A stretch of DNA of 63,917 nucleotides, counting the filler, from Pelomyxa schiedti (Eukaryota > Protista > Evosea), in NCBI GenBank assembly GCA_020536535.1. It is 11 parts of 11 records of this genome, joined end to end, with 100 filler letters (N's around TTAATTAATTAA, not from the genome) between each part and the next. Parts side by side here need not be neighbours in the genome. Positions count along the whole stretch, not along the records: positions 43,516 to 50,625 come from JAHLWZ010001376.1; positions 50,726 to 51,960 come from JAHLWZ010002668.1; positions 52,061 to 60,253 come from JAHLWZ010001327.1; 8 more parts are not named here. One strand, 5' to 3'. Positions 46,701-58,327 of this stretch are shown piece after piece. Position numbers and translations under genes: made by a program. Position 1 is the stretch's first letter. Each line of letters begins with the position of its first letter. Below the pieces are notes generated by a model. The model was not told the origin of the DNA and did not search any database. It saw only the letters and a list, made by a program, of their open reading frames with translations.

Positions 46701-48130
46701 CTAGGGACACCTTCTTCTCTGGTGCTTCGTCATTGTATGGCATCACTGCCTGCCTTCTTTCCGCTCCTAAATCTGTTGCTGTTGTCACTCTTGGATCGAA
46801 GACTTCCTTTTTTAGTTCCTTGAACCTCTTGAGCCACTCTGAGGTCTCTTGCTCAGACGTTGATTGGAAGTCCCAGATGCCTTTTAAGAATGAGTACAGA
46901 CGAAATCAAATAACGTGACACTGGCAGACCATTTTTTGTTGTGATGTAAAACCCATTGAGTTTGTATGTGGTGAACTCCGCAGCCAATCCAACAGAGATC
47001 ATTTCCTCCACGGGTATTTCTCCCTGAAATATGTGTCACCACATTCTTTCTTTGCTTGATTTTTTTTTTTTTTTTTTTTAAGAAGGGGAAATGGATACGA
47101 GACGCCAAAGGAGTGCAACATCACTCAACGTTGTAAACAAAGGCATTCGGCCAGTTGCTGCTATGTACCCTGAAGTATTGTGAGCATTACATAGTGGAAA
47201 CAATAAAAAAAACCTGAGAAAAAGAATGTTCTGTTGCAGGCAGTATTGCTTGTTGCTGAAGCGGCAATGCCAATTTCTTCTGAAACATCTCTCTCCGTTT
47301 CATTAGAACTCTGAATAGGACCTCCCATCTCGGCTTCCGCATTGGAAGTGGTAGGGGTGCCTTGTTCAAACACTCCCAAAAAAGAAGTTTTATCAGGTAT
47401 AACCACTTGTCGCATCTTCATTCTCTTTCAGGCAATGGAATAACAGAAAAAAAGGTTCCAACCACTCCTTTCCACAAGAAGCCTCTCTCTGGGTGGTAAA
47501 TGGCGAACTGAAGCAGATATGTGTCACGATACAACATGTGTTTGCCAGAAAAACAGTTTCCACCCCTGCAAGAAAATAAGTAGTGCATAAAGTACAAGTT
47601 AAACTTCACGTGTGTCTCGATAGTGGGTATAGCCTCCACAGTGGTTTCCCATCCGGTCTGAGGAAAGCCGCCTGCCTCAAAGTCATTTGGCTAGTAGTCC
47701 TGCGAACAACCAAGGCCAATACGATTTCACCCGGAGCAAGTGTGAATGTTGTGGCGTCGAACTCGAATGTAACTGCCTTCGCCATCGGAGCTCAACTTAG
47801 GGGTTACCTAATTTTTCGTCTCTTGTGTTTGTTATCACCTCTTACCTGTCGAAAACCAACTTTGAAAACAAATTAAATTGGTTTTTCCCAGTTTGTGTCT
47901 GGCCATAATTAGTTGGCCAACTTGTCTCACCATGATTCCCTGAATCCTTCGCCCACTCCACAGCGCGTCTATCCTCTTCAACCTGTCATTTTGAACGCTC
48001 AATTCTCCGATCATTTGCACTCCGGTGTACACTTGCAATGAGAACAACCAAGTTGGTTTGTCGAGGGTTGCCTTGACTTTGTCGTGTAAAGCAGGTCAAA
48101 ATTTGGGTCTTTGGATCTTGCCATGTGATG
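43767..48130 (-). CDS. Multidomain protein: unknown N-terminal domain, PH domain, dynamin-like GTPase with helical bundle, kinase N-lobe relic, and ADP-ribosyltransferase (R-S-E, ExE type)
   Basis: PH-like IWDFQSTSEQETSEWLKRFK (~46800-46880). G1 LGDMKAGKST (~46460-46490), G2 CT, G3 FIDLPG (~46135-46152), G4 NKAD (~45950). Hydrophobic IWQIVIPLALYVGFVVF. FYGETFDAVWRGVHVHAKKL. A 50-nt GT-AG phase-2 intron (44800-44751) links it in frame to AIVLYT...ALNWALR...YRG...FSSIS...EAELLTPPG. A final intron (~43920-43880) gives a last exon ending TGA at 43767. The 5' boundary is uncertain. Confidence 0.8.
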
Positions 48131-48275
48131 CTCCTCAGACGCTGGAAAGACCACGAAACTTTAGAACGTGTCTGGTCCCGATGTGGTCCAGACATTTCAG
48201 AATTTTCACTTCACAGGGTACAGAGAACCAGGACCTTTTCTGCCCCGTTGATGCCAAAAAGTGTGAGTCCCAAAA

Positions 48276-50625
48276 TTAAGTACGCTTTTTTGTGGGAGCA
48301 GGAAGAAAACCACTAAGAAGAGTGGTGAGGGGACCTGGTTGTCCTTGTTGGAATTGAAATGACTGTATAAGGTCCTCATAAATGCCTCTGCTTGCGTTTC
48401 CTCCGGTTGATTGTGCACTGAATGACGTGGAGTTGCGAACCGCTTCCAATTCCTGAAGTGCTTCAAGGTACTCCTCGTCGTCATCACCTCCTTCCGCTTC
48501 ATCCTGACTGACACCTTCACCTCCCATTTCATCATCCTCATCATCTTCACCTTATTGATGGCAAGTTAGTGCTGGGAAAGAACGATGAACGGTGCTGTTC
48601 GACATACCTTTGAGTACTCTTTCTAGTATTTTCTTCACTCGGTCTGCATTGATATCGTCACTGCCGTTGGACCTGTGTGTAAAGACACCACAAAAAAGAG
48701 GAACAAACACGAAAAAAATCCAATTTTAACTGAAGGCACAATGTAAATAAATAAAGGAAAAGCAGAGGGGGCATACTGCTTTTGGGAGTCAGTATCTGCG
48801 CTGCGCTCATCCTCATTGTCCTCGCTATCACTCCCTCCACCGATTCCCTGAAAGTCGGACTTGGAATTCAAAAATCTGCTCAGTGAAGATTCCAGGGAAG
48901 ATGCTGGTTCGGCAGCACTCTCAGCAGTATGATCTTTCATCTGGAATTGTGCCAGATCTCGTTCAAGGTTGGAGAACATTGCAGCTGGTTCGGATTCCAA
49001 CCATTCATCACTGTTATATCATGTTGTTATTTTTGACTGGAAATTATGACTGGGTGGTTACCTGTCAGGTTGTGGTAATGAGTCTACAGGAGGAAAACTT
49101 TCAAGGCTTATATCAGGGTTTGTTGAGCAGATAGCGTCAACTTCAGAGGCAAAAGTACTGGCAATGTGCCGAGCTAGCAGCCTGGGAATGATCAAATCTG
49201 ACATGGGCTGAGAGGGGAAAATACGTGGGGCTTGTGGGTGGAGAGGTCCTGGCTGTGGATCTCCTGCTGCACTGGTACGCAAGCTCAAAACCACATGCCT
49301 TCAGGAACTGATAAGCATAAAAGACTTTAGTGGAAGTGCTTACCAGTTTACATCCAAGGATTGCTGAGGTGAATAGAATATCATCAGGAGCTGGTAACTG
49401 GCCAAAAGGCGCAGGCCGCACGATCCGCTGACCGTGTAACATTGCGTAGTGACTGTGTGTCATACCAATACGAACAACCACCTCACGTCCACTACTCTTA
49501 TTATTGTCCCCTCCAGCAGGAAGAAACCTCTCCATCAGGGTGCACACCTATTTTTCGTTGAATATAGGGAACTTGCTTTGATAACGTACTCTCCACTCCT
49601 CTGGCGTATGCTCGCACAGAGCGTGTATGGCAAGAGATATAAACTGTGGGTCACGTCGAAGTACAAGAGCACAGTGTACAGGGAGAAGGGCATTGGTACA
49701 ATGTAAACTCTGTCTGAAAGTGATTGGAGATTGAGTTTCTGGGGATTGTTGTCGATTGGGGGTGCAGAAACATTCTAGGCGTGAAGAGATTGCAGCCTGA
49801 ATGGGTGGTGAGGCTCTCGTGTCGACTGGTTGGGTGCAAAGAATTCTGAGTGCAGTACTAACAGTAAGTACTGAGGGAATGACAGGCAGGAGGGCAGGAG
49901 TGTGCGGTAAAGGAATTAGGTGAATCATGCCATTCCTTATGAATACCTGCACATTGTCTTCAATTTTTTACAGTTTATTCCGAACTAAGAAAACAGTGCA
50001 CATACTCTGTTCTCAATCAAGCCTGATGGGGCCTCTTCAACCCACTGGGGCAGAACTTCAGCCGCCTCAATCAACATAAACTCACCATCTCCATCCTGCA
50101 CACTTATGGGATATTAGCTCCAAAGAAAGAAAAAAAAACAGGAAAAAGGTTGGGAACAAGGGCAAAGGGGGGGGGAGAACCACAAGGGAGAACGGAGTTC
50201 ATACGTGGCAGCCACGACCACGTCGGGCATTTCCATAGTCAACCGCCGGACGACGTGAACAACGAACCACTCGTCGTCGGGGCACTCCCCGAACGACACG
50301 CACCCCTCCACCGTCCCCCACTCCCAGTCCCCTTCCCCTTCCCCCTCGCCCTCGCCCTCGCCCTCGCCCCGCTGTGTCTCCCTCTCCCTCTCCCTCTCCT
50401 TCCTCCCGCGGTCTCCCCCCTGGTCCCCGCCGGCCTCGCCCCCGGTGCTGGTGGGGCTCGCAGGAGGGGCAGGGCGGGGGGAGGGTGCGAGCAGGGCGAG
50501 GGTTGGCGGCTCCTTGTGCCACAGGTACCCTCCCCACAGGCTCTCCAGGTGGCTGGCGACGGCCTCCGCCCGGCTCCTCCGCTGCTGGGCTTCGGATGCA
50601 GAGGAGGAGCCGGGGCCCTGCTGTT
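48276..50625 (-). CDS. ECD: Ecdysoneless/SGT1-family protein (5' truncated at linker)
   Basis: YLWHKEPPTL, CVSFGECPDDEWFVVHVVRRLT, DGDGEFMLIEAAEVLPQW...ENRV|FIRNGMIHLIP, YAMLHGQR, and C-terminal LIQSFQFQQGQPGPLTTLL, all matching the ECD family. Confidence 0.85.
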
Positions 50626-50725
50626 NNNNNNNNNNNNNNNNNNNNNNNNNNNNNNNNNNNNNNNNNNNNTTAATTAATTAANNNNNNNNNNNNNNNNNNN
50701 NNNNNNNNNNNNNNNNNNNNNNNNN

Positions 50726-51960
50726 TCCTTTCACACACCCTCACAAGGAGTTTCCCAGCAGCCGTGGCTCCCTGATGGCGATCCAAGATGTGGTGGGAAT
50801 CTTCCAACCATGATGCAATCGATGTGTTGCTGTTGGCCAACGCAGCAACAAATGAGTTGTCAAAATCCTCTTGTGAAAGCAACACTCTCGTTGACAACCA
50901 CTTCACCAGCTGCGTGTCATCTTCGAAGGTCCTGCACGCTGCAATGAACAGTGCTGGTGTCGCTGTGACCAGGTTTCCTTCCACAAAGAACTTGATGAAC
51001 TCAAGTCCTTCCATTCGTCTGCAGAAGTTCTCTGCCATTTCATTTGTGGGAACAATACTGAATTCAGACATCATCCACTTCAAAACATCAAGCCTTTTGA
51101 CGTAGTCAATCTCCGTGTCTCCAGGAGGGTGCTGTAACTCAAGGTGTTTCCTCACATACTGACAGATTTCAAGACAGCTGCTGGTCTTGCCTGCAATGCA
51201 GCTCATGAAAGTAAAGGATGAAGAAGCCACAGTCAATTGAGGAAACATTTCAAAGCACCACTTGACAACATCCAGGTTCTCACTCCTGCATGCCTTTGCG
51301 TGCAACTCAACATAGCTGTATCTCCGGAACCTCTCCACCAAACCAAATGTGTCAACCATCCACTGCGCCAACTCCAAGTGGCCCCCAGCCAGTGCACTCT
51401 CAAGTGGCTGCAGAAACTCCGACGGATCCCTGATCCCAAACCTCTGGACCAGCCACTTGGCCACGTCAGTCCATCCCCTCCGACACACACCCAACAGTAT
51501 CCCGGATGCCCTCACATGGTCACGCAAATCTTGCTCTCCCCAATAACTCCCACTCCCGCTCCCGCAACCGACGACATCGACATCAACACCCATCCACGTG
51601 AGGCCAGGCCAGCCCCCTCCAACGAGCCTCTGGGCCTCCCCCAGGTGCCCGCCCACACACAGCCCCCCGAGCACGCACATGAACTCCTTGTTCTCCCTCC
51701 TCCTCCTCTGCATCCTCTCCGTGATGGCCCTCTGCTGCTGAGGTGCACCACCATCACCATCACCATCACCCTCTCGCTCTGCCTCCCCCTCCCCCTCCTC
51801 CTCGTTGCCTCTCGCGGCCGTACTCCTCCTCCTCGCCGTGATGAGCCAGTCCACGCACGAGGTGCTCCCTGCCTCGGCCGCCGCGAGCAGGGCCGCGTGC
51901 CACTTGTGGGTGTGTGCCACGAGGGCCCTGCGCACGAGTCCCCTCAGCGGGAACAGCGCC
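50726..51960 (-). CDS. Ankyrin-like family member, both ends truncated by linkers
   Basis: ALFPLRGLVRRAL N-terminal motif, CVGGHLGEAQRL, SALAGGHLELAQWMV, ACRSENLDVVKWCF and LVKWLSTRV, homologous to 918-3276 and 3485-5861. Confidence 0.8.
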
Positions 51961-52440
51961 NNNNNNNNNNNNNNNNNNNNNNNNNNNNNNNNNNNNNNNN
52001 NNNNTTAATTAATTAANNNNNNNNNNNNNNNNNNNNNNNNNNNNNNNNNNNNNNNNNNNNCGGAAAGCTAAACGGCGTTGACAGCATTGCCCTGCGTGCC
52101 ACGCGTTTAAACGCACTTGATCTTTGTAACCAAAGAGGGGAAAAAATAATTTGTTTTTGTTCATAATAGTTCACTATTTTAGATCATTCAGCTTCACAAG
52201 TCTCCTCAGGGAGGGACTGCCGCACTCCTAGGATCCTAGGAGTCATTGTCATGAAAGATAATGAGGAGGCAAAGAATGGGTTTTTTATTTTTACTTGTAT
52301 TTGGTGAAAGTGGTGTTGCTTCAAAGCCCCAATTCCCTATTCTGTGGATGCAATGCACAGCATCAGGTGTCATGGAATTCCTGGAAGTTGTCCTACTTCT
52401 GAGGGTTGCTCAGGGCCGAAAATACGGGGTAATTGTCTCT

Positions 52441-53751
52441 TCAGAAAGAGAATGTGGGTAGGAGGGTGTTGGGGAAGATATAACTCCATTTGGGGAAAAC
52501 CCCTGTGAGAACTCTGAACTCGGAGAGTGCATCCAAAACCACAATAGTGCTCTTGAGCACTGTTATGACACAGAATGACTCTGCCACGGTTACACGGTTA
52601 TCTGGTTCAGGAAATCGAACAGCTTTCAGTGGCTTGGCTGGTCCTGTGCTGTCCTCCTGACAATCCCACACTTCATAATCAGGTTCACCTTCATCAGCGC
52701 CACTGCAACAAACGATGAACTTGGAACCAGCCAACCAAGACAGTCGAATTTCTGCTGTAGAAGAAGAAGTGGGAAGCACTTGCTTTTTCCCACTGTCTGC
52801 CACCTTCCAAACTTGCCACAGCATCATCTCTTCTGGGCTAGGATCAGAGTTCTTTGGGCGGACTTGAGCTACGAAAACCCCACTGCCAGATTGCTGGTTA
52901 CTCCCCTTGATGTGAAAGGCATTTTCCACCCATTGCTCCTCTTCAATGTTGCAGAGCGAGGAGATTATAACAACAAGGCTCCTCGTCGAGTATGTCATTA
53001 TTGTGTCAATCAGCACAAAGATGGTGGTGTGTGGCTGGGGGGACAGAACCAGGATAAGCTCATCTTCGGCCGCGCTATTGCATGCCACCATGAAGAATCT
53101 GTCGTCCGAGGCTACGTACGGCAGCGGGATAGCCGCAACACCACCCGGCTCCCCATCAAGTGCCGGCATAATGGCCATAAACAAGGACTCGTCGTCATTG
53201 CGGCCACACTGCACCGCCCACCTCCTGTTGCCGCAGTGGCCCTTGCCAAAGTATCCGGGCTCCCGCACATTGCCATCGGGGTCCAGCCTCGAGAGCATCC
53301 TTTCGCCGGTGCCACGGCTGTCTTCCAGGTCACACAGCTCCACCGGGAGGTCCGCCTGCCCGCCGCATGACAGGTTCATGCAGCGGGGCCCCGTGAGCCA
53401 CTGGGTGCCGGACACCCTCGACGCCACCGCCCTGGCCTTGGGGCGCCCGACGAGCCCGAGCAGCGAGGGCGACACGCCGAACAGCGCGTGCGCGGTGCCC
53501 CTGTCGCCGTCCAGGTTGACGACCACGCGCAGCTGGGTCGCCAGGACGTGCGACCACACCAGCCACGCCACCGTGCGGGGCCCGCCGCTGTCGCCGCCGC
53601 CGCCGCACGGGGTCGCCCAGGCCCAGCACTGCGTGCCCGCGCGGCAGCGGGGCACAGACGCGCACGCCAGCGCGCCAACTTGGGCCCGCGCGGAGAGAGT
53701 CCCCTGTATGGTGCAGCTGTTGACTTCTACGTCGGGAACACAGACGTTCAT
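52441..53751 (-). CDS. GVSPTLG-family protein, intronless, about 436 aa
   Basis: SARAQVGALACASVPRC, FGVSPSLLGLV, CGNRRWAV, YEVWDC...PLKAV, IVVLDALS. Confidence 0.8.
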   Translation of the reverse strand: MNVCVPDVEVNSCTIQGTLSARAQVGALACASVPRCRAGTQCWAWATPCGGGGDSGGPRTVAWLVWSHVLATQLRVVVNLDGDRGTAHALFGVSPSLLGLVGRPKARAVASRVSGTQWLTGPRCMNLSCGGQADLPVELCDLEDSRGTGERMLSRLDPDGNVREPGYFGKGHCGNRRWAVQCGRNDDESLFMAIMPALDGEPGGVAAIPLPYVASDDRFFMVACNSAAEDELILVLSPQPHTTIFVLIDTIMTYSTRSLVVIISSLCNIEEEQWVENAFHIKGSNQQSGSGVFVAQVRPKNSDPSPEEMMLWQVWKVADSGKKQVLPTSSSTAEIRLSWLAGSKFIVCCSGADEGEPDYEVWDCQEDSTGPAKPLKAVRFPEPDNRVTVAESFCVITVLKSTIVVLDALSEFRVLTGVFPKWSYIFPNTLLPTFSF

Positions 53752-54050
53752 CAGGGGAAAACTTTGGTGCTGAGGAAAGACTGAGAACCACATAAGTCCC
53801 TCCCACTGGTGCACTTTCCTATCTCAAACTAAGTCTACAATTCTACGTGTGGTGTGACGTGGACACCTGTAGGGTAGTTTGCCATCAAAGCCTGTGTTGC
53901 CAGAAAATGCGACAGCCAAAGGGCACAAGTATTATTTTCTGTTGTGTACATAGACAAGGAACAGAAAATACTAAATATTGTGAAATGCCTGCAGTAGTTT
54001 GTTGTTATTTGACAAGGAAATTGAAAGTACAGAAGGGGGGGGTGTTGTGA

Positions 54051-54734
54051 TCATGAAGAGGAAGTTCTTGATGTCAAGGTTGTGCTTACAGCGGGTGTGG
54101 ATTTACTTCTTGTTGTGTTGTGATTTCTCACCACAGCAGTAAGTTTTTCTTCAAACTTTTCACATCTTGTTGGTTGTTAACAGAAGTGTTCCGCAAATAT
54201 ATAATATATGTTTTAAAAACCTGATTGGCATTTCCAATTCGTAAAATGGGTTCTTCAGTGCATAGTCCGCATATGTCTGGTATATCTCAATGAGTGTTTC
54301 ATCTGGCCCAATGTCCGTTGTGTCTGTGACCAGTACGAATTTGACTCCAGTGGGAGATTGGAAGCAATGAAGGGTAAAGGTATCTCCATCAAGAGACTTA
54401 AGTACAAAGATATAAAAAAACCTCTACTATCTATCTGGTGGAACTGGTGTGGCACACCATAATTCCGGATGACTGAGCAGCAAGGTGCGGGTCTATTTGA
54501 CTTGCGATAACGTAAACAGAAAAAAACACTGAGCCAACTCTCAGGTACTCGTTTGAGTCCAACTGGGGCCGCCCGTCATAGTCCTAGGAGACTGCACATT
54601 AAAAAACATTTTGGCCCCCCGCCACCTCAACCTTGATTTAGAAGTTGTGAAGTGAAAAACAAAACGTAGCGACGCACTTGATGGTAGATGAGACCACCTG
54701 CCTTGTTGATCACGTATATAGACTGCACTCCCAT
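54051..54734 (-). CDS. TRAPPC4: TRAPP complex subunit 4 (Trs23, sybindin family), 4-5 exons
   Basis: MGVQSIYVINKAGGLIYHQ|...LDSNEYLRVGSVFFSVYVIASQI...TFTLHCFQSPTGVKFVLVTD...IYQTYADYALKNPFYELEMPIR|CEKFE. Confidence 0.9.
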
Positions 54735-54837
54735 CCCATAATTACTGGCCAACACCTTGTAGGTGGCACTTGACTGCAATCAAATACGGAAAACAGGGAG
54801 CAGGAAAAAATGATTGTTTCGATGAATTTTTTTTTGC

Positions 54838-57800
54838 TCAGCCAAATTTTAGCAGCACTATGGGTTCCTTCTTGTCCTTTTTGTCCTTCTTGGTCTTCTT
54901 GCCACTTGGGTCCTTGGCCGGTGACGATGACCTGGCCACCGCTGCCGACGACGGCGACAGCGACCTGGTTGGTGACATCATTCCCCTGGCCAGAGTAGGC
55001 GACGACGACCTCTGCGTCCACACAGTCGGCGCCTCGTCGCCCGGCGGCGCCGGCGATATCGACGACGACGACGAAGAAGATGAAGCTCCCAGGAGGCTGG
55101 GGAAGTCGCTGTCCTGCAGCTGCTGCTGTTGCTTCTTGTTCTTTTTCTTCTTGGCCGGCGCGACGGCCTCTGCCATGGTCTTGGCGGGCGTGACCGTGGC
55201 GGCCGGCTTGTTGCCGCCGGCGCCGTCTGCGAAGTAGCACGAGACAGTGACTGCTGTGTTCTGTATGGCCTCAGCATGCGCGCGGGAGAACTGCTGCGCC
55301 GAACTTGTTCCGGTTGCTGTGGCTGATGATGACGATGAACAAGGTCCGTTGGATTGTGGCGGTGGTGGTGGTGTTGTGGCCCGGGGGTTGAGGACGGGGA
55401 AGTCCCCCGGCTGTAGAATTGGTTTGGATGGGGGTTCTGGTGGTGATGTTTGCGGAACTGTGGGCTGCGTTGGTGGCTTCTTGCGCTTGCCGACTGGTGA
55501 AGGTGGGTTGGGTGTTGCCGCTGTTGGTGTGCCGGAGGAGGAGGAGGAGGAGGAATTGGTGTTGGGGCGCGGTTGTTTCCGCTTACTGAGGAGTTGCTGC
55601 AGCTGCTGTTGCTTCTGTTGTTGCGATGTGGTGTGGAGTGCCCACAGGTCGTTTCGCTTTCCACTGTCGGGAAGTGTCGCTACAAGTTGCGTGAACATCT
55701 GCTCGGATTTCGGAGTGGTGCCAAATAGGGCGAAGAAGGTTGTGTGGTAGGTGGTCGTGTCAATGGTGTTGTGCTTGAACTGTGACGAAAATTTCTTGAA
55801 TTCCACTAGGCCCTCTTCGCCAATAATTTCTCTCATAGATTGCAGAAGCTGTGCATTCATCCTTAATCGAAAAGTCAGTTTCAAACTAGCGAAGACATTG
55901 GCGCATACTCTTCTCGAGTTTTGGCATCGACTACAGGAAGTTCAGGTATTTTTCGCCCCTGTGTGGTTACTGGGGGTTGTTGTACTTGAGGAACTGTCGA
56001 TTGAGGTTGAACCTGCGGTTGTGCTTGCGGGAGTAGTGGTAGCGGTTGCATAACTGTTGAAGGCATTTGAGTTTGGGGCTGGGTTGGCTGTGACGGAGGT
56101 TGCTGGCGGGCATTATGAATTGCTGTGCCAGAAGCAGAGATGCCTTTTGATTTCTTCTTATCCTTGGCTTTTTCGGTGGGAGTGGTGGCTGTTTGTTCAA
56201 CTGGTGAGGTTGAAGAAGTGTTGGTCATATTGACCGATGCTGATGCCTGTACTGGAGGTGGAGCAGGTTGTACTGAATATTGCGATGCAGGACTTGTGGA
56301 AGGGGGCGGCACATTAGCACTTGTCTCAGTGGCAGGAGAGTAGAAGTCCTCATATGTGTCCCTGTGGTAGTCTTCACGTCTTCGACCTTCCTTTACTTGC
56401 TCCACATAGGGTCGGGTCTCATTCAATCCCTCACCAAATCGTCCAACACGTCTGATCTAAATAGTTTATGTTAATACCATCCCAAAAAGTTTCAACACAC
56501 CGAAAAGTTCAGAGCCAGTTGTGTGTTCTTTACTGAGTGCTCTGAAATCTGTGTTCCGTGGGAAAGGGGTACTCTCTAACGAGAAATTACCTGATGTGCC
56601 TTTAGGTCTACTTGAGAGGCAAAAACGATATGTTTCTGCTCTAAACATGACTTTTCTTCACATAAAAAGTGTACCTCCCGGTAATGTCTTTCAAGCTATA
56701 TGGATTAAAAATAACTTTGTCAAGATACATGACATACCTCCTGATAGTTGCAATAGAATTCCCAGTAGATATCATTACCTTCACATATGGGACAGGTTGT
56801 GTGGTTGGCATGCAAGTGGTGATAAAGCGCATCTCCGTTATACACTCTGGCGCCGCAGAACCCGCATTGTGGGTGCCCTTGCAGGAGTTCTAAATGAGAG
56901 GTTAGATTAGTACTTCTCTACCACTATTCATACGTTTAGCTTCAGGAGTCCAATTAGCTCGCTTGTGTGCCTTGGGTCTAGAGGATATTTTCTTTTTTCT
57001 TCGTCAATAGAGTAGTATATTCTTCTCAGTTACTTACAGATTTGAGGGTATCACTTATTCCACCATCCCATGTTTCATTGTGCGCTGCTACTTCCTCTGC
57101 CTTGAGCAGCACTTGTTCAAAGAGAAACACATGTCTGTCGGTGAGGCAGATATCACAATAATTTACTCTGTGCTGCTGCCACAAGTGCCCTCTCAAAGCG
57201 TAATTTGTTTGGAAAACCACCGGGGCAGGTGTAGCCGAAGGTACAAATGCAGGTGCCGTGGGATTGAGGTTGCTGGGTGCTTTTGGGTCCTTGTAGGTTG
57301 TCATTACAGTTATGTGCGCACTCGTGGTCACAATGGTTGTTGTGGTGCTGGCTGGAGTTGTTGCGACAGCACTTGGAGCAGCACCAGGAGGTTCTGGGGT
57401 TAACAGATGCTCTTTGTCTAATGGTGAGCAGATAGGGCAACGTTGTGACAGCAAGTCCCATGTCTTATTGTCATTGGTTGGCATGTACGACTACAGTTGC
57501 AAAACAAACCTGATTTCGGAGGTGTACACTGGAAAAGTAGATGTTGTGGACTGGGTCATGAGGCAGCGCCGCCAAAGGAACGTACTGCTGAAAAGTTTTC
57601 CCCCGTACACTGGTAATAACAAGGCATTTTTGTGGTTCCTTGAATAATAATGCTTAGTATAGGGTAAAAAAAAAAAAAAAAAACACAAAAACAAACAAGA
57701 TACTTTGCACGCCAACAAGCAAACACACACATAAGTTATTAGGTATTATATTGGATAGTTCCCCGGGTGGGGGGTAGGTACCTTGCACATGCAACACTCC

Positions 57801-58090
57801 CTTTGGTTGTATAGCAGCCACAGCTTGAGGGAGCACAGGGCGCACACGGCGGGGTGGTTGCACGTGCCCACCGACCACACGTCCATCCTCTCCTCGCAGC
57901 ATATCACACAACTCCCCACCTCGCTCCCCCCGCCGCTGCTGCTACTACTACTACTAGTGCTCGTGGCGGTCGTCGAGGAAGTGTCGGGCGGCGGGGCGGG
58001 AGCCGCGTCCGCCGCGGGTTTGCTGGATACTGCTGGCGCCGAAGTAGCGAGGATGGGCGTGGTTTGCTGAGAGCCCGACGTGCTTGACAT
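54838..58090 (-). CDS. ZNF598: ZNF598/Hel2 RING E3 ligase (ribosome quality control), multi-exon
   Basis: N-terminal CVICCE....WSVGTCNHPAVCALCSLKLWLLYNQRECCMCK RING, C2H2 fingers (CDICLTDRHVFLFEQ), low-complexity middle and C-terminal FKKFSSQFK...Y...FFALFG helical domain. Confidence 0.85.
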
Positions 58091-58327
58091 CTCGTGCGGC
58101 TCGACTTTGTTTTTTTGGTTTTTTTTTGTTTCTTCGGGTGTCTTTTTTCTCTGTTTCGAATCATCATTCTTTATCTTTCAGGAAACTGGTACTGGTGAGT
58201 TGTTATGTACTTGCGAAAGAGGGAACGGGGAACTACAGAGAGGCTAATCCTACAGATACCTCATTCCTTGTCAGTGAGAAATTCCTCGGTTTCCAGGAAG
58301 GACCTGAGGAAAAAGGAGTTGGTTGGA

